This document shows positions 1 through 10,204 of a DNA stretch of 64,000 nt, one piece after another (within the stretch, counting starts at the first letter, position 1; each line of letters starts with the position of its first letter). The DNA is from a bacterium (GTDB lineage Bacteria > UBA8248). The position numbers and the translations under genes are program-made. The stretch is taken from contig CBDBZU010000004.1 of assembly GCA_965213625.1 (NCBI GenBank), positions 1,248,001 through 1,312,000 of the forward strand, in the 5' to 3' direction. The notes beneath the pieces were generated by a model. That model had not been told where the DNA came from. It did not search any database and saw only the letters and a program-made list of their open reading frames with translations.

Positions 1-678
1 ATCATCGGGGCCACGACGATTACGGGATTGGGGCTCAAGTTCTCTTCAATCGTCGTTTCAGCCTCGGGGGGGAGTCTCTTCCTCGGGATCATTCTGGTCG
101 GGGTGGCCTCCTTCGTTCTGGGAATGGGACTACCGAGCAGTTCCGCTTACATCGTTCTGGCGGCCATGGCCGCCCCCGCTCTCATCGAGCTTGGCGGTAT
201 GAGCGCCGTCACCGCCCATATGATCATCTTCTGGTTCAGCCTGGATAGTTGTTACACGCCTCCTGTTTGCATCCCTGCATATACTGCCGCCGCCATCGCC
301 GAAGCGGATCCGATGAAGACAGGCTGGACTTCCTTCAGAGCGGCGAAGGGCCTCTATGTGATCCCGTTTCTTTTTGCCTATTCCCCCGCCATTTTATTGA
401 ACGGCAGTGTGGCTGAAATCATACTGGTTTCTCTGACAACCGGAATTGCGCTCGTCGCTGGAATGGCCGGCCTGAGTGGATATCTCCTCGGGAGAACGAC
501 CTGGGTCGAGAGAGGAGGCCTACTTCTGGGAGGATTCATGATGCTTTGGCCCACGCTTACATCCAAAAGCGCAGGATTCGTCTTGTTGACGATCCTCGTC
601 ATTTTCCAGGTCACGCGCCACGGTGCGTGGTTTTTGCGGGCGCACACGGCAGAGGAAAGTCTCCCGAAAAGTGGTTGA
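1..678 (+). CDS. TRAP transporter fused (4TM/12TM) permease, C-terminal part; 5' end lies outside the window
   Basis: Open frame from base 1; hydrophobic helices with LGMGLPSSSAYI and YTPPVCIPAYTAAAIA motifs typical of TRAP fused permeases. Confidence 0.85.
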   Translation: MIGATTITGLGLKFSSIVVSASGGSLFLGIILVGVASFVLGMGLPSSSAYIVLAAMAAPALIELGGMSAVTAHMIIFWFSLDSCYTPPVCIPAYTAAAIAEADPMKTGWTSFRAAKGLYVIPFLFAYSPAILLNGSVAEIILVSLTTGIALVAGMAGLSGYLLGRTTWVERGGLLLGGFMMLWPTLTSKSAGFVLLTILVIFQVTRHGAWFLRAHTAEESLPKSG

Positions 679-838
679 TGCAAAAGATTCATGAGGATTT
701 AGCGTTTCCATCTTCTGAGCGAACGATAAAGAGGAGAAGATGAAAACGTTTCGAACCGGATCTTGCTTTGGAATTTGTGTATTTTTTCTTATGCATCCGC
801 CAGAATGACGAAAACCCAGGCATCGTTTCTTCATTGAA

Positions 839-868
839 TGTAGGGACAGGTCGCGACCTGTCCCTACA
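839..868. repeat. GTAG-type REP-like perfect palindrome TGTAGGGACAGGTCGCGACCTGTCCCTACA
   Basis: 30-bp perfect palindrome; identical 28-bp core at 58588-58615; degenerate copies near 2541-2568 and 11266-11293. Confidence 0.85.
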
Positions 869-966
869 GGCTTTGCCACTGACATAAAACTTGAACCAAG
901 CCCGAAACGCGGTTAATCTGTTTCCGACTCGACAATCAGGCGCATTCGTACCGTAGGGAGACGTGT

Positions 967-2442
967 ATGAATTCGGGAGCGGAGCCGCTCGCCTCGGCGC
1001 AGGGCGAGGGGCCTTTTTCGGGATACGATCTCGATTCGCGATTTTACGACGAGATGTTCGACGCAAAGGGCGCGCCGCGCGAGGCGAGCGCGCGGCTGAA
1101 TACCGCGCTCGCCGAACTCACGCCTGGGGATCTCGAAAAACTCCAGGAGGGCGTCTACCGCCGCTTTCTCTACGAGGGCATCACCTTCACGGTGCTCGAC
1201 GCCGAGGAAGCCACCGAACGCATCATCCCCATCGACTGCGTGCCGCGCCTGCTCACGGCGGCGGAGTGGGACCACGTCGAACGCGGCTTGAAGCAGCGCC
1301 TGATGGCGCTCAACATGTTCCTGAAAGACGTCTACCACGAGGGCCGGTGCCTGCGCGACGGGGTCGTGCCCGTCGACGTCGTGCTCGGCTGTCCGCAATA
1401 CCGCATGGAGATGCGCGGGCTGAAAGTGCCCCACGACGTCTACGTCGCCGTGTGCGGGACCGACATCGTCCGCACCCACGAGGGGTTCGCCGTCCTGGAG
1501 GACAACCTGCGCGTCCCCTCGGGCGTCTCCTACATGCTTGCCTGCCGGGGCGCCATCAAGGACGTGCTCCCAAGGCTCTACCGCGAGCACCGGGTGCGCG
1601 AGGTGGCCGATTACGCCGAGCATCTCTATTCCACGCTCGTCTCTCTGGGCCACTCGCCGAGGGAGCCGAACGTGGCCGTGCTTACGCCCGGCATGTATAA
1701 CTCCGCATATTACGAGCACGCCTTTCTCGCCGGCGAGATGGGCGTCGACCTGGTCGAGGGCCAGGACTTGCTTGTGCGCGACGCGGCCCTTTACGCGCGC
1801 ACGACGTCGGGTCTTCACCGCATCGACGTGCTCTACCGCCGCGTGGACGATGATTTTCTCGACCCGCTGACGTTCCGGGGCGATTCGTTCCTGGGCGCGG
1901 CGGGGCTGTTCCACGCCTATCGCGCGGGGAACTTGGTGCTCGCCAACGCGCCCGGCACCGGCGTGGCGGACGACAAGAGCGTCTACGCCTACGTTCCTGC
2001 GATCATCCGCTATTTCCTCGGTGAGGAGCCGATACTCGCCAACGTCGAGACGCACCTTTGCCGCGAACCCGAGGGGCTGGCCTACACGCTGGAGCATCTG
2101 GGCGAACTGGTGGTGAAAGAAGTAGGCGGCTCGGGCGGCTACGGGATGCTGGTCGGCCCTCATTCTTCGGCGGCCGAGCGCGCGGAATTCGCCGAGCGGC
2201 TGCGTGAGGATCCGGCGAACTTCATCGCGCAGCCCACGCTCGCGCTCTCGCGCTCGCCTTGTTTTGTCGAGGGGGGCATCGAGCCGCGCCATGTGGATAT
2301 TCGCCCCTTCGTGCTCCAGGGGCGCGAGGAGCAGCACGTGGTTCCGGGCGGGCTGTGCCGCGTCGCGCTCAGGCGCGGCAGCCTCGTCGTGAACTCGAGC
2401 CAGGGCGGGGGCTGCAAGGACATCTGGGTGCTGGAGTCGTAG
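967..2442 (+). CDS. Circularly permuted type 2 ATP-grasp protein (DUF404/407 type)
   Basis: Motifs VLEDNLRVPSGVSY, YNSAYYEH, IDVLYRRVDDDFLDPL, NAPGTGVADDK, SLVVNSSQGGG. Confidence 0.92.
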   Translation: MNSGAEPLASAQGEGPFSGYDLDSRFYDEMFDAKGAPREASARLNTALAELTPGDLEKLQEGVYRRFLYEGITFTVLDAEEATERIIPIDCVPRLLTAAEWDHVERGLKQRLMALNMFLKDVYHEGRCLRDGVVPVDVVLGCPQYRMEMRGLKVPHDVYVAVCGTDIVRTHEGFAVLEDNLRVPSGVSYMLACRGAIKDVLPRLYREHRVREVADYAEHLYSTLVSLGHSPREPNVAVLTPGMYNSAYYEHAFLAGEMGVDLVEGQDLLVRDAALYARTTSGLHRIDVLYRRVDDDFLDPLTFRGDSFLGAAGLFHAYRAGNLVLANAPGTGVADDKSVYAYVPAIIRYFLGEEPILANVETHLCREPEGLAYTLEHLGELVVKEVGGSGGYGMLVGPHSSAAERAEFAERLREDPANFIAQPTLALSRSPCFVEGGIEPRHVDIRPFVLQGREEQHVVPGGLCRVALRRGSLVVNSSQGGGCKDIWVLES

Positions 2443-2811
2443 GGGTCGATTCTGACTGATGAAGGAGGTTGATTCCGACCGGGGAGGGAGAAATCGTCCC
2501 GTGGCCTCCCCCGCATGTTATTTTGATTGTCAATCCGGGTGTAGGTTGGACATATCTGCGACCCCTACGGTCGAACGGCTCGGTTGACCCGCGATGCCGT
2601 TATTCAGGCATACTCCGGAATGGCGTCCAAAACGGAAAACGGTAATCCACGGTTCAATCCCTGCCCGTTCGGCCGGGATTGACCGCTACGGAAAAAATCT
2701 GGTTTCGGCAAAGGCGGTTGTTATAAAATGAGGTCGGGGCCCCCGCGGCCTCACGCCGCTTCTCATGTGTTCTCCCCTGCGGGAATCACTGGATGATGAA
2801 GGAGAGAGATC

Positions 2812-3786
2812 ATGCTGGCACGCGTCGCCGCAGATTTCTACTGGATGGGCCGCTACGTCGAGCGCGTCGAGCAGACCGCGCGTCTTCTCGAATACCAGCT
2901 CAACCGCCTCGTCGATCGCCCCGCCGATGAACTGGCCGTCGGTTGGGCGGCGATATACCGGGCGCTGGGCCAGCCCCCGCCCGGCGCGGCGTCGGGCGCC
3001 GAGGAGGCCGAGGCGTACCTCATTCCCGACGCCTACACCCTGGCGGGCAGCCTCGTGGAGGAGGGCGCGCACCCCGATTCCATACTCTCGTGCTGGCGCC
3101 TGGCGCGCGAGAACGCCCAGCGCGTGCGTGCGCAGCTTCCGCTTGCGATTTGGACGCGCCTGAACCAGGGCTATCTCTGGATGCGCGAGGTGAATTTCGC
3201 CAGGGAGTGGGAGCAGGCGCCTGCGCGGCTCGCGCTCGATATCATCGACCGCATGCGGCTGTTCGCCGGCGTGGTGCACTCGACGATGCCGCGCGACGAC
3301 GCCTGGCGCTTTCTGGAACTGGGCCGATTCATCGAGCGGGCGCAGCACCAGGCCGCGCTCTTGGGGGCTTGGGTCGAATTCGCGCATCCGAGAGGGGGCG
3401 TCGCCGCGCTTTCGTGGGCGGATTTGCTTCATATATGCCGCGCGTATGAAATCTATTGCCGCCGCCACTCGATGAAGATTCTCGAGGAAGAAGTGCTCGG
3501 CTTCCTCACGCGCAACCCCGAGCTTCCCCGCTCGCTCCGTTTCTCGCTGCAGCGCATCGAGGAGATGCTCACCGGCATCGACCCGCTGGGCGCGCGCTAT
3601 CCGCTCGAGCCGCCGCACCGGATGGCGCTTCGGCTCACGGCGGCCATCGAAATGGATACGGCGGATTCCGGCGAGGTGGATGCGGGCGCGTTCTTCCGCG
3701 CGATAGGGGGCGACGTCCGCGAACTCCACGAAATGGCGATGGCGGCTTACGTCCACCGCTCACTGGCCGAGGAGATACCGGCGTGA
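2812..3786 (+). CDS. Alpha-E domain protein (DUF403)
   Basis: N-terminus MLARVAADFYWMGRYVERVE, ARENA and LGRFIERA (ER motifs); SD GAAGGAG upstream. Confidence 0.92.
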   Translation: MLARVAADFYWMGRYVERVEQTARLLEYQLNRLVDRPADELAVGWAAIYRALGQPPPGAASGAEEAEAYLIPDAYTLAGSLVEEGAHPDSILSCWRLARENAQRVRAQLPLAIWTRLNQGYLWMREVNFAREWEQAPARLALDIIDRMRLFAGVVHSTMPRDDAWRFLELGRFIERAQHQAALLGAWVEFAHPRGGVAALSWADLLHICRAYEIYCRRHSMKILEEEVLGFLTRNPELPRSLRFSLQRIEEMLTGIDPLGARYPLEPPHRMALRLTAAIEMDTADSGEVDAGAFFRAIGGDVRELHEMAMAAYVHRSLAEEIPA

Positions 3787-4646
3787 TAGTGAGCTACACG
3801 GTCGAGCACGCCATGCGCTTCGATTACGAGACGCCCGTACAGGCCTCGGTGATGACGCTTTTCCTGTCCCCCCTCCGGGAACGCGCCCAGACCGTACATG
3901 AGTTCTCGCTGCGCACCGACCCCGAAGGCCGTCTCTTCGAGTTCACCGACCCGTTCGGCAACACCGGACATTTTCTGGATCGCCCCCGTCCGCATGCGCG
4001 CTTCGAGGTGCGCTCGCGCTCGCGCGTGGAGGTGGGGCCGCTGGGAACAGCCCCCGAGAGGCTCGAACCCGGCGCGTCGGAGGCGCTTCGCGACGCGGTC
4101 CGCACGCCGGAACTCTGGCCGCTGACGCACCCGAGCCTTTTCGCTCGCCCGAGTCCCGCGCTCGAGAAGTTCGTGGCGGCGCACGGCATCGCTCCGGGGG
4201 ACGACCTCCTCGTGAGCGCGCGCGAGCTTTGCGCCAAACTCCACGACGTTTTCGAGTACATTCCGGGCCACACCCAGGTGGATTCCCCCATTGAGGACAT
4301 TATCGAGACCGGGCGGGGCGTCTGCCAGGACTACGCCCACGTGATGGCCACCATCGTGCGCGGCTGGGGGGTTCCGTGCCGCTACGTGTCGGGCTATCTC
4401 GGGCCCGAAGCCGAAGGCGCCGCCACGGGTGAGAGCCACGCCTGGGTGGAGTGCTGGTTTCCGGGCGTGGGGTGGACGGGCTTCGACCCGACGAACAACA
4501 TCGAGGGAGACGAGCGCCACATCCGCGTGGCGGTGGGCCGCGATTATGCGGACGTGCCCCCGAGCCGGGGCGTGTTCCGCGGAAACGGCGGCTCGGAGCT
4601 CACCTCCGAGGTGAAGATAGAGCGCCATACGGAAATTGCGGCTTGA
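3783..4646 (+). CDS. Transglutaminase-like protein with N-terminal domain (GTG start at 3783 or 3789)
   Basis: Catalytic motifs GVCQDYAH, RYVSGYL, SHAWVE, FDPTN, GRDYADVPP; overlaps the alpha-E stop (GTGA). Confidence 0.92.
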   Translation: MIVSYTVEHAMRFDYETPVQASVMTLFLSPLRERAQTVHEFSLRTDPEGRLFEFTDPFGNTGHFLDRPRPHARFEVRSRSRVEVGPLGTAPERLEPGASEALRDAVRTPELWPLTHPSLFARPSPALEKFVAAHGIAPGDDLLVSARELCAKLHDVFEYIPGHTQVDSPIEDIIETGRGVCQDYAHVMATIVRGWGVPCRYVSGYLGPEAEGAATGESHAWVECWFPGVGWTGFDPTNNIEGDERHIRVAVGRDYADVPPSRGVFRGNGGSELTSEVKIERHTEIAA

Positions 4647-4754
4647 AATCGTTGCGCTTGGGACGGCTCTTGACGCGCTCAGACCACCGGGCTATGGAGT
4701 CGTTCATCACGAGGATCTGCACGAATCATCCAACATCGAGCAGGAGAGGACGAA

Positions 4755-5633
4755 ATGAGAGCATCATGGAAGAAACTGGCTGTCATCACGGCCGCGTTGG
4801 CTGTATGCGCCGTTCTGGGCGCGGCGGGAGTGAGCGACGCCCAGGAGGCGAAGCCCACCGGCTGGTACGTGGGGGCGAGCGTCGGGTTCAACAAGGTTTC
4901 GACCGCCGAGCAGGCGGGCCATAACCGGGACAACATCTGCTACCCTGAAGACGACTGCAGCCACCTCGCCGGCGGCGCGCCCGAGGGCTACCGTTGGTAC
5001 TACGACCTGGATGCGGACGACGGCGCTACCTTCGAGATTTCCGTCGGCCGCACCTTCGGCGATTTTCGCATGGAACTGGGGCTGGCCCAGCGGAAAAATG
5101 ACGTCGAGCAGAAATACACTGACATCACCTATCTGGACGGCTCGCGCATCATGGCCCGCCCGGTGAGCAACTACGTGAGCAGAACTTCGGGCGGCGTCGA
5201 CGATCTGACGACGCGTACCCTCTCGCTGAACGCCTATTATGATTTCTCCATTGCGAACAGCCGCTTCACGCCCTACGTGGGCGCGGGCGTGGGCGTTTCC
5301 TTCGTCGAGCTATCCGGCGTGTATTTCGAGTCTTGGTACTCGTGCAAGGACCCTACGATGGACTGCGACATGCCGGAGCAGTACAACGGCCGCCAGAACG
5401 AGAACCTGACCGATACCGTCTTGTCCGCGCATCTGCACGCAGGTCTTGATTACCGCATGAGCGATAAGATGCTCGTGGGCCTCAAGCTCACCTACTCCAT
5501 GGTGGGCGACATGGAGGACGTCAAAGGCGGCTACGACTTCCACCCGGTCCCCGGTCTCTCCAACTTCACCACGATCAGCGGCATGAACCACTTCTCCGTG
5601 ATGTTCGGCGTGAAATACTTCTTCGGCGAGTGA
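4755..5633 (+). CDS. Outer-membrane beta-barrel protein (opacity/OmpA-like 8-strand family) with signal peptide
   Basis: Signal peptide, GWYVGASVG first strand, LNAYYDF, FTPYVGAGVG, C-terminal FGVKYFF. Confidence 0.8.
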   Translation: MRASWKKLAVITAALAVCAVLGAAGVSDAQEAKPTGWYVGASVGFNKVSTAEQAGHNRDNICYPEDDCSHLAGGAPEGYRWYYDLDADDGATFEISVGRTFGDFRMELGLAQRKNDVEQKYTDITYLDGSRIMARPVSNYVSRTSGGVDDLTTRTLSLNAYYDFSIANSRFTPYVGAGVGVSFVELSGVYFESWYSCKDPTMDCDMPEQYNGRQNENLTDTVLSAHLHAGLDYRMSDKMLVGLKLTYSMVGDMEDVKGGYDFHPVPGLSNFTTISGMNHFSVMFGVKYFFGE

Positions 5634-5695
5634 TGGCGGGGGTAGATGTCGTTTCTTGCGGGAAGAGGAGGATGCGAATGGAGGAAAAAGAGGGA

Positions 5696-6613
5696 ATGGC
5701 GTCTCTAGAGTTGGGCAAGCTGGAAAGTGTGGATGTCCGGAGAGCATGGTCCCATGAGGCGCATGATTTTACACCGTGGCTCTCGCAAAATCTGGACCGA
5801 TTGTCCTCTGTGTTGGGCGTCGAATTGGAGCTGGTGGACACGGAGTTGCATGTCGGCGCGTATAGGGCTGACATTGTGGCCCGCGTCGTATCAGACGATG
5901 ACCTCGGGCAGATAAACAATATGGTGGTTATCGAAAATCAGTTGGCTGGCGCCGACCTGCAACACTTGGGGCAGATACTCGCTTATTTGTCCGGTCTCAA
6001 GGCTCGAATCGCGGTGTGGATTGCAGTGAAATTCGGGGAGGAGCACCTTTCTGCGATTCGCTGGCTGAACGAGCATACGACGGATCCGTTTGCATTCTTT
6101 GCGGTGAAGGTGGATGTTGTCCGCATCGGGAATTCACAGCTCGCACCCGTTTTTAACGTATTGGAGCGTCCAAACGAGTGGAATCGCCAGGTGGAGAGAG
6201 CCGCCGGGTTGAGCGAACTCGGTGAATTTCGTCGCGATTTCTGGGCGCACTTCGCCGCACGGCATCCTGATGCGCTTGGGTTGCGGCCAGGGTACGCGAA
6301 CAGCAATGTCTGGCACAGGGACGAGAGAAACAATATCTGGGTAACCCAGTTTTTGGCTCAGGATCGCGTCGGAGTGTACATTATTGGCAATCATCATGAG
6401 ATGAAAGAACAAATCTGGACTCGGCTCGAACCGCATCTGGATGCGCTTCAAGAAGCGATGAATGGCGAACATTTCTTCCACTCGGAGAAACATTGCTGTA
6501 TTACGGAATTGAAAATCAATTCACGAGACCGGGACAACTGGGACGAAATGGTGGACTGGCTCGAAGACCGGCGGAAGACGTATGAGCAGGTTTTTCAGAG
6601 TGGTTCCGCCTAG
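5696..6613 (+). CDS. DUF4268-type / NucS-like PD-(D/E)XK nuclease-domain protein
   Basis: WSHEAHDFTPWL, RADIVA, VVIENQL, HLGQILAY motifs; visibly less GC-biased than its neighbours; start uncertain (5678 or 5696). Confidence 0.75.
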   Translation: MASLELGKLESVDVRRAWSHEAHDFTPWLSQNLDRLSSVLGVELELVDTELHVGAYRADIVARVVSDDDLGQINNMVVIENQLAGADLQHLGQILAYLSGLKARIAVWIAVKFGEEHLSAIRWLNEHTTDPFAFFAVKVDVVRIGNSQLAPVFNVLERPNEWNRQVERAAGLSELGEFRRDFWAHFAARHPDALGLRPGYANSNVWHRDERNNIWVTQFLAQDRVGVYIIGNHHEMKEQIWTRLEPHLDALQEAMNGEHFFHSEKHCCITELKINSRDRDNWDEMVDWLEDRRKTYEQVFQSGSA

Positions 6614-6646
6614 GCGGATTCGACGCCCCCACACCCCAACCCCGCG

Positions 6647-6675
6647 TTGACATCACCCTTTTCAGCCTACAGAAT
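6647..6675 (+). promoter_or_regulatory. Putative sigma70 promoter of mqnE
   Basis: TTGACA-17 nt-CAGAAT about 60 bp upstream of the ATG. Confidence 0.5.
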
Positions 6676-6736
6676 GCGGTCGTGCGTCACTGGCTGAATC
6701 GATTCTCCGATGAGACGAAAAAGTAGAAGGTGAACC

Positions 6737-7876
6737 ATGAACCGCGACTTCATGCGCTCGCGCGTCTCGAAAGGCCCTCTGGGCGATATCCTCGAAAAGG
6801 TCGAAGCGGGCCTGCGCCTCTCCTTCGAGGAGGGCGTGCGCCTCTACGAAGCCGAGGACATCAACGCCGTCGGCTTCCTGGCGAACGTCGTGCGCGAGCG
6901 CCTGCACGGCGACCGCACCTATTACAACGTGAACAGCCACATCAACTACTCGAACATCTGCGTGCTGTGGAAGGCGTGCAAGTTCTGCGCGTTCGGCAAG
7001 AAGGAAGGCCAGCAGGACGCCTATGCGTATTCGCTGGAGGAAATCTTCAAGATGGCGGAGACGCTGGGCCGGGGTCGCACCGAGTTCCACATGGTGGGCG
7101 GCCTGCATCCTGACCTCCCCTTCGACTACTACCTGGAGATGATCCAGGGCATCAAGGAAATCCACCCGCAACTGCACTTGAAAGTCTTCACGGCGACGGA
7201 GATTCGCTGGCTCGCCGACCACGTAGCGAAGATGAGCGTGGAGGAGACGCTGGATCACCTGGTGCGATCGGGGCTCGGTTCGCTCACGGGCGGCGGGGCG
7301 GAGATTTTCGCCGAACCCACGCGTTCTAAAATCTGCAAGGGTAAGCACTCGGGCGAGGACTGGCTCGAAATTCACCGCATCGCCCACAACAAGGGCATCC
7401 GCAGCACGTGCACCATGCTCTACGGCCACGTCGAATCGAACGAGGACCGCGTGGACCACATGCTCAAGCTCCGGGATTTGCAGGACGAAACCGGCGGGTT
7501 CACCACCTTCATCCCGCTCGCGTTCCATCCCGAGAACACACAGATGGACGACATCCCCTCCACGGGCGGGATGCTCGACATCAGGAACTACGCCGTCGGG
7601 CGGCTTCTGCTCGACAACATTCCCCACATCAAGGCGTACTGGATCATGGTTGGGCAGCCCATCGCGCAAATCTCGCAGCGCTTCGGCGTGGACGATCTGG
7701 ACGGCACCGTCGTCCAGGAGAAGATCTACCACATGGCGGGCGCGAAGACGCCGCACGAACTCACCGTGAACGACATCCGCCGCCTCATCCGCGAGGTGGG
7801 GCGCGAGCCCATCGAGCGCGACACGCTCTACCGGGAAGTCACGCGCCAGGGAGATCAATGGGCAGTTCACGCCTGA
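6737..7876 (+). CDS. mqnE: Aminofutalosine synthase (radical SAM)
   Basis: NYSNICVLWKACKFCAF, HMVGGLHPDL, GGGAEIF, TMLYGHVE, FIPLAFHPENT, IPHIKAYW; located in an mqn cluster. Confidence 0.9.
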   Translation: MNRDFMRSRVSKGPLGDILEKVEAGLRLSFEEGVRLYEAEDINAVGFLANVVRERLHGDRTYYNVNSHINYSNICVLWKACKFCAFGKKEGQQDAYAYSLEEIFKMAETLGRGRTEFHMVGGLHPDLPFDYYLEMIQGIKEIHPQLHLKVFTATEIRWLADHVAKMSVEETLDHLVRSGLGSLTGGGAEIFAEPTRSKICKGKHSGEDWLEIHRIAHNKGIRSTCTMLYGHVESNEDRVDHMLKLRDLQDETGGFTTFIPLAFHPENTQMDDIPSTGGMLDIRNYAVGRLLLDNIPHIKAYWIMVGQPIAQISQRFGVDDLDGTVVQEKIYHMAGAKTPHELTVNDIRRLIREVGREPIERDTLYREVTRQGDQWAVHA

Positions 7877-7884
7877 GCACCACC

Positions 7885-8712
7885 ATGAAACTCGGCACCG
7901 TTCCCTTCCTGAATGCCAGACCCCTTACGATTGCGCTGGAGGGAAACCCGGCGGTGGAACTCATCGTCGAACCCCCATCGAAGCTGGCAGAAATGCTTGA
8001 GAGTGGCGAACTGGACGGCGCGCTCGTCTCCTCGTTCGCTCTTTTCGGGATGCGCGGCGCGCGCTTTGCGCCCGGCGTGGGCATCGCGAGCAAAGGCCCC
8101 GTGGAGAGTATCCGCCTCTATTGCCGGAGGCCTGCCGATTCACTGCGCCGCGTGGGGCTGGACAGCTGGTCGCTCGCTGCGACGAACATGGCGCGCGTCT
8201 ATCTGAAACACCGCTGGGGTGTGGAGCCCGAGTTCGTCGCAATCGACCCCTTGAGGCCGCCGCGTGAGGACGAGTCGCTGGACGCCTTTTTGCTCATCGG
8301 AGACAACGCGCTCAGGGAGCCGCCGGGCGATCACTACGTACTCGACTTAGGCGAAGAGTGGCAGAATTATGTCGGGCTGCCCTTCGTCTATGCGCTCTGG
8401 GTGTTCCGTCAGGGAGCGGGAGACGCGGAAGCCGCAACGCTTTTGCAGAACGCGAAAAAAGAGGGCGTCGGGCGGATTGAGGAAATCGTGAACGGCGCGC
8501 TTCCCCCCCGCGTCGACAGGAACACGGCGTGGTGTTATCTCACCGAGTGCATCCGCTACGACGTGGGCGATGAGGAAATCGAAGGCTTGAGGCGTTATTA
8601 TGATCTTCTCGTCGAGGACGGCTTGGCGTCTGAAGGCTGGGAGCCCCGCTTTGTCGATGAGCCGGTAGCCCGCGCCGAGGTGGTGGAAAACTCAGCCGCT
8701 AAGGAGGACGAC
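7885..8712 (+). CDS. mqnA: Chorismate dehydratase (futalosine pathway); no stop codon, reads in frame into the following amidase
   Basis: LGTVPFLNARPL, GPVESI, LLIGDNAL, DLGEEW, GLPFVYALW motifs. Confidence 0.88.
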
Positions 8713-10134
8713 ATGAGCGACGACCTTTGCTTCACGAGCATTTACGACCTGGCGGGGATGATCCGCAAAAAGGAAATCTCCCCCGTCGAGGTGACGGAAG
8801 CGCACTTGCGGCGTATCGAAGCAGTGAACCCCAAGCTGTTCGCCTATCAGACGGTGACGGCCGAACGCGCCATGGAGGCGGCGAAGGCCGCTGAGGCCGA
8901 GATAGCCGGTGGCCAGTGGCGCGGCCCCATGCACGGTATTCCTTACGGGGCCAAGGACATCGTCGAGACGGCGGGCGTGCTCACAACGCATGGCTCTTCC
9001 TTTCACCGGGACAACGTGCCGCGTGAGGACGCGGAGATTATCAGGCGTCTCAAGAACGCGGGCGCCGTCATGCTCGGCAAGACGGTCACGCACGAGTTCG
9101 CCGCCGCGGCGGTGAGCATCAACCCGCACTACGGCACGGTGCGAAACCCCTGGGATACGGAGCGCATCGTCGGTGGCTCGAGCGGCGGTTCGGGCGCGGC
9201 GTGTGCGGCGGGGCTTGCGCCTGCCGCCATCGGTACGGATACGGGCGGCTCCATCAGAAACCCCGCCTCCCTGTGCGGGGGCGTGGGCTTCAAGGCGACC
9301 CACGGGCGGGTGAGTATCCGGGGCATCTGCCCAAACGCTCTGAGTCTCGACCATGCGGGGCCCATGACGCGCACGGCGCGCGATGCGGGCCTCATGCTTC
9401 AGGCGGTGGCCGGCTATGACGCCCGGGATTCGAAGACCCAGAACATTCCCGTTCCCGACTACACCGCCAGCATCGAGGACGGCGTGCGCGGCAGCCGCAT
9501 TCTCGTGTGTCCTGATTTTCACGGGCATGCCGAGGTGGATTCGGAGGTCACGGCGGCGTTCGAGGCGGCGGTGGAGGTGTTCCGCGCCCTGGGTGCTGTG
9601 GTGGAAGAGGTATCCTTCGCGCACCACCAGAGGCTCATGGATTTCTTCCCCCTCATCTCGGGCCCTGAGTTCAGCGAGTTCCACAGGCCGTTTTTCGAAG
9701 AGAATCCGGATGGCTATGGCGAGGACGTGCGCGAGCGCATTGAGTGGTCGTTCCAGATCGCGCCGGATGATTACGTGCGCGCGATGAGAGAACGCGTTCT
9801 CGCGCAGCGCGAGGTCGCCGCGTTCTTCGAGGGCGCGGACGCCCTCATCCAGCCCGCCATGCCCTGCGTCGCCCCGCGGATCGAGACGCTCACCGTCCGC
9901 ATGAACGGGCGGGACGTATCCTACAAGAACATCCACAGGCCGTTTCTGGCGCCGCACAACGCCACGGGCTTCCCGGCGCTCGTCACGCCGATGGGCCGGA
10001 ATTCGGAGGGCATGCCGACCTCTCTCCAGATCGCGAGCGGCCCCTGGCGCGAGACCGACGTCCTGCGCGTGGCCCACGCCTATGAAGAAGCGACGCCCGA
10101 ACTCAGGAACGAACGGCCCCCCGTGGGGGCGTGA
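8713..10134 (+). CDS. Amidase-signature family enzyme (GatA-like)
   Basis: GPMHGIPYGAKD, GGSSGGS, IGTDTGGSIRNPA; own SD AAGGAGG before ATG 8713. Confidence 0.9.
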   Translation: MSDDLCFTSIYDLAGMIRKKEISPVEVTEAHLRRIEAVNPKLFAYQTVTAERAMEAAKAAEAEIAGGQWRGPMHGIPYGAKDIVETAGVLTTHGSSFHRDNVPREDAEIIRRLKNAGAVMLGKTVTHEFAAAAVSINPHYGTVRNPWDTERIVGGSSGGSGAACAAGLAPAAIGTDTGGSIRNPASLCGGVGFKATHGRVSIRGICPNALSLDHAGPMTRTARDAGLMLQAVAGYDARDSKTQNIPVPDYTASIEDGVRGSRILVCPDFHGHAEVDSEVTAAFEAAVEVFRALGAVVEEVSFAHHQRLMDFFPLISGPEFSEFHRPFFEENPDGYGEDVRERIEWSFQIAPDDYVRAMRERVLAQREVAAFFEGADALIQPAMPCVAPRIETLTVRMNGRDVSYKNIHRPFLAPHNATGFPALVTPMGRNSEGMPTSLQIASGPWRETDVLRVAHAYEEATPELRNERPPVGA

Positions 10135-10204
10135 ACTTTTCATCGTCTAAAGAACTACAGAGTCGGGCAAAAGGCCAATTTGGCGAAACGAAAGGAGAAC
10201 GACC

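Noticed and set aside
2469-2645. 58-codon TTG ORF in the ATP-grasp/alpha-E gap
   Set aside because: No spacing between the SD-like sequence and the start, atypical codon usage, and it crosses a repeat.
2640-2680. GGTTCAATCC resembling a tRNA T-arm or riboswitch core
   Set aside because: No cloverleaf, acceptor stem or other conserved elements around it.
5630-6613. DUF4268-type nuclease as part of a defence island
   Set aside because: It is a single gene with no methylase, helicase or other defence partner nearby.
7408-7884. N-terminal 159 aa of the 908-aa ORF
   Set aside because: Off-frame overlap with mqnE; recognisable MqnA sequence begins at ATG 7885.
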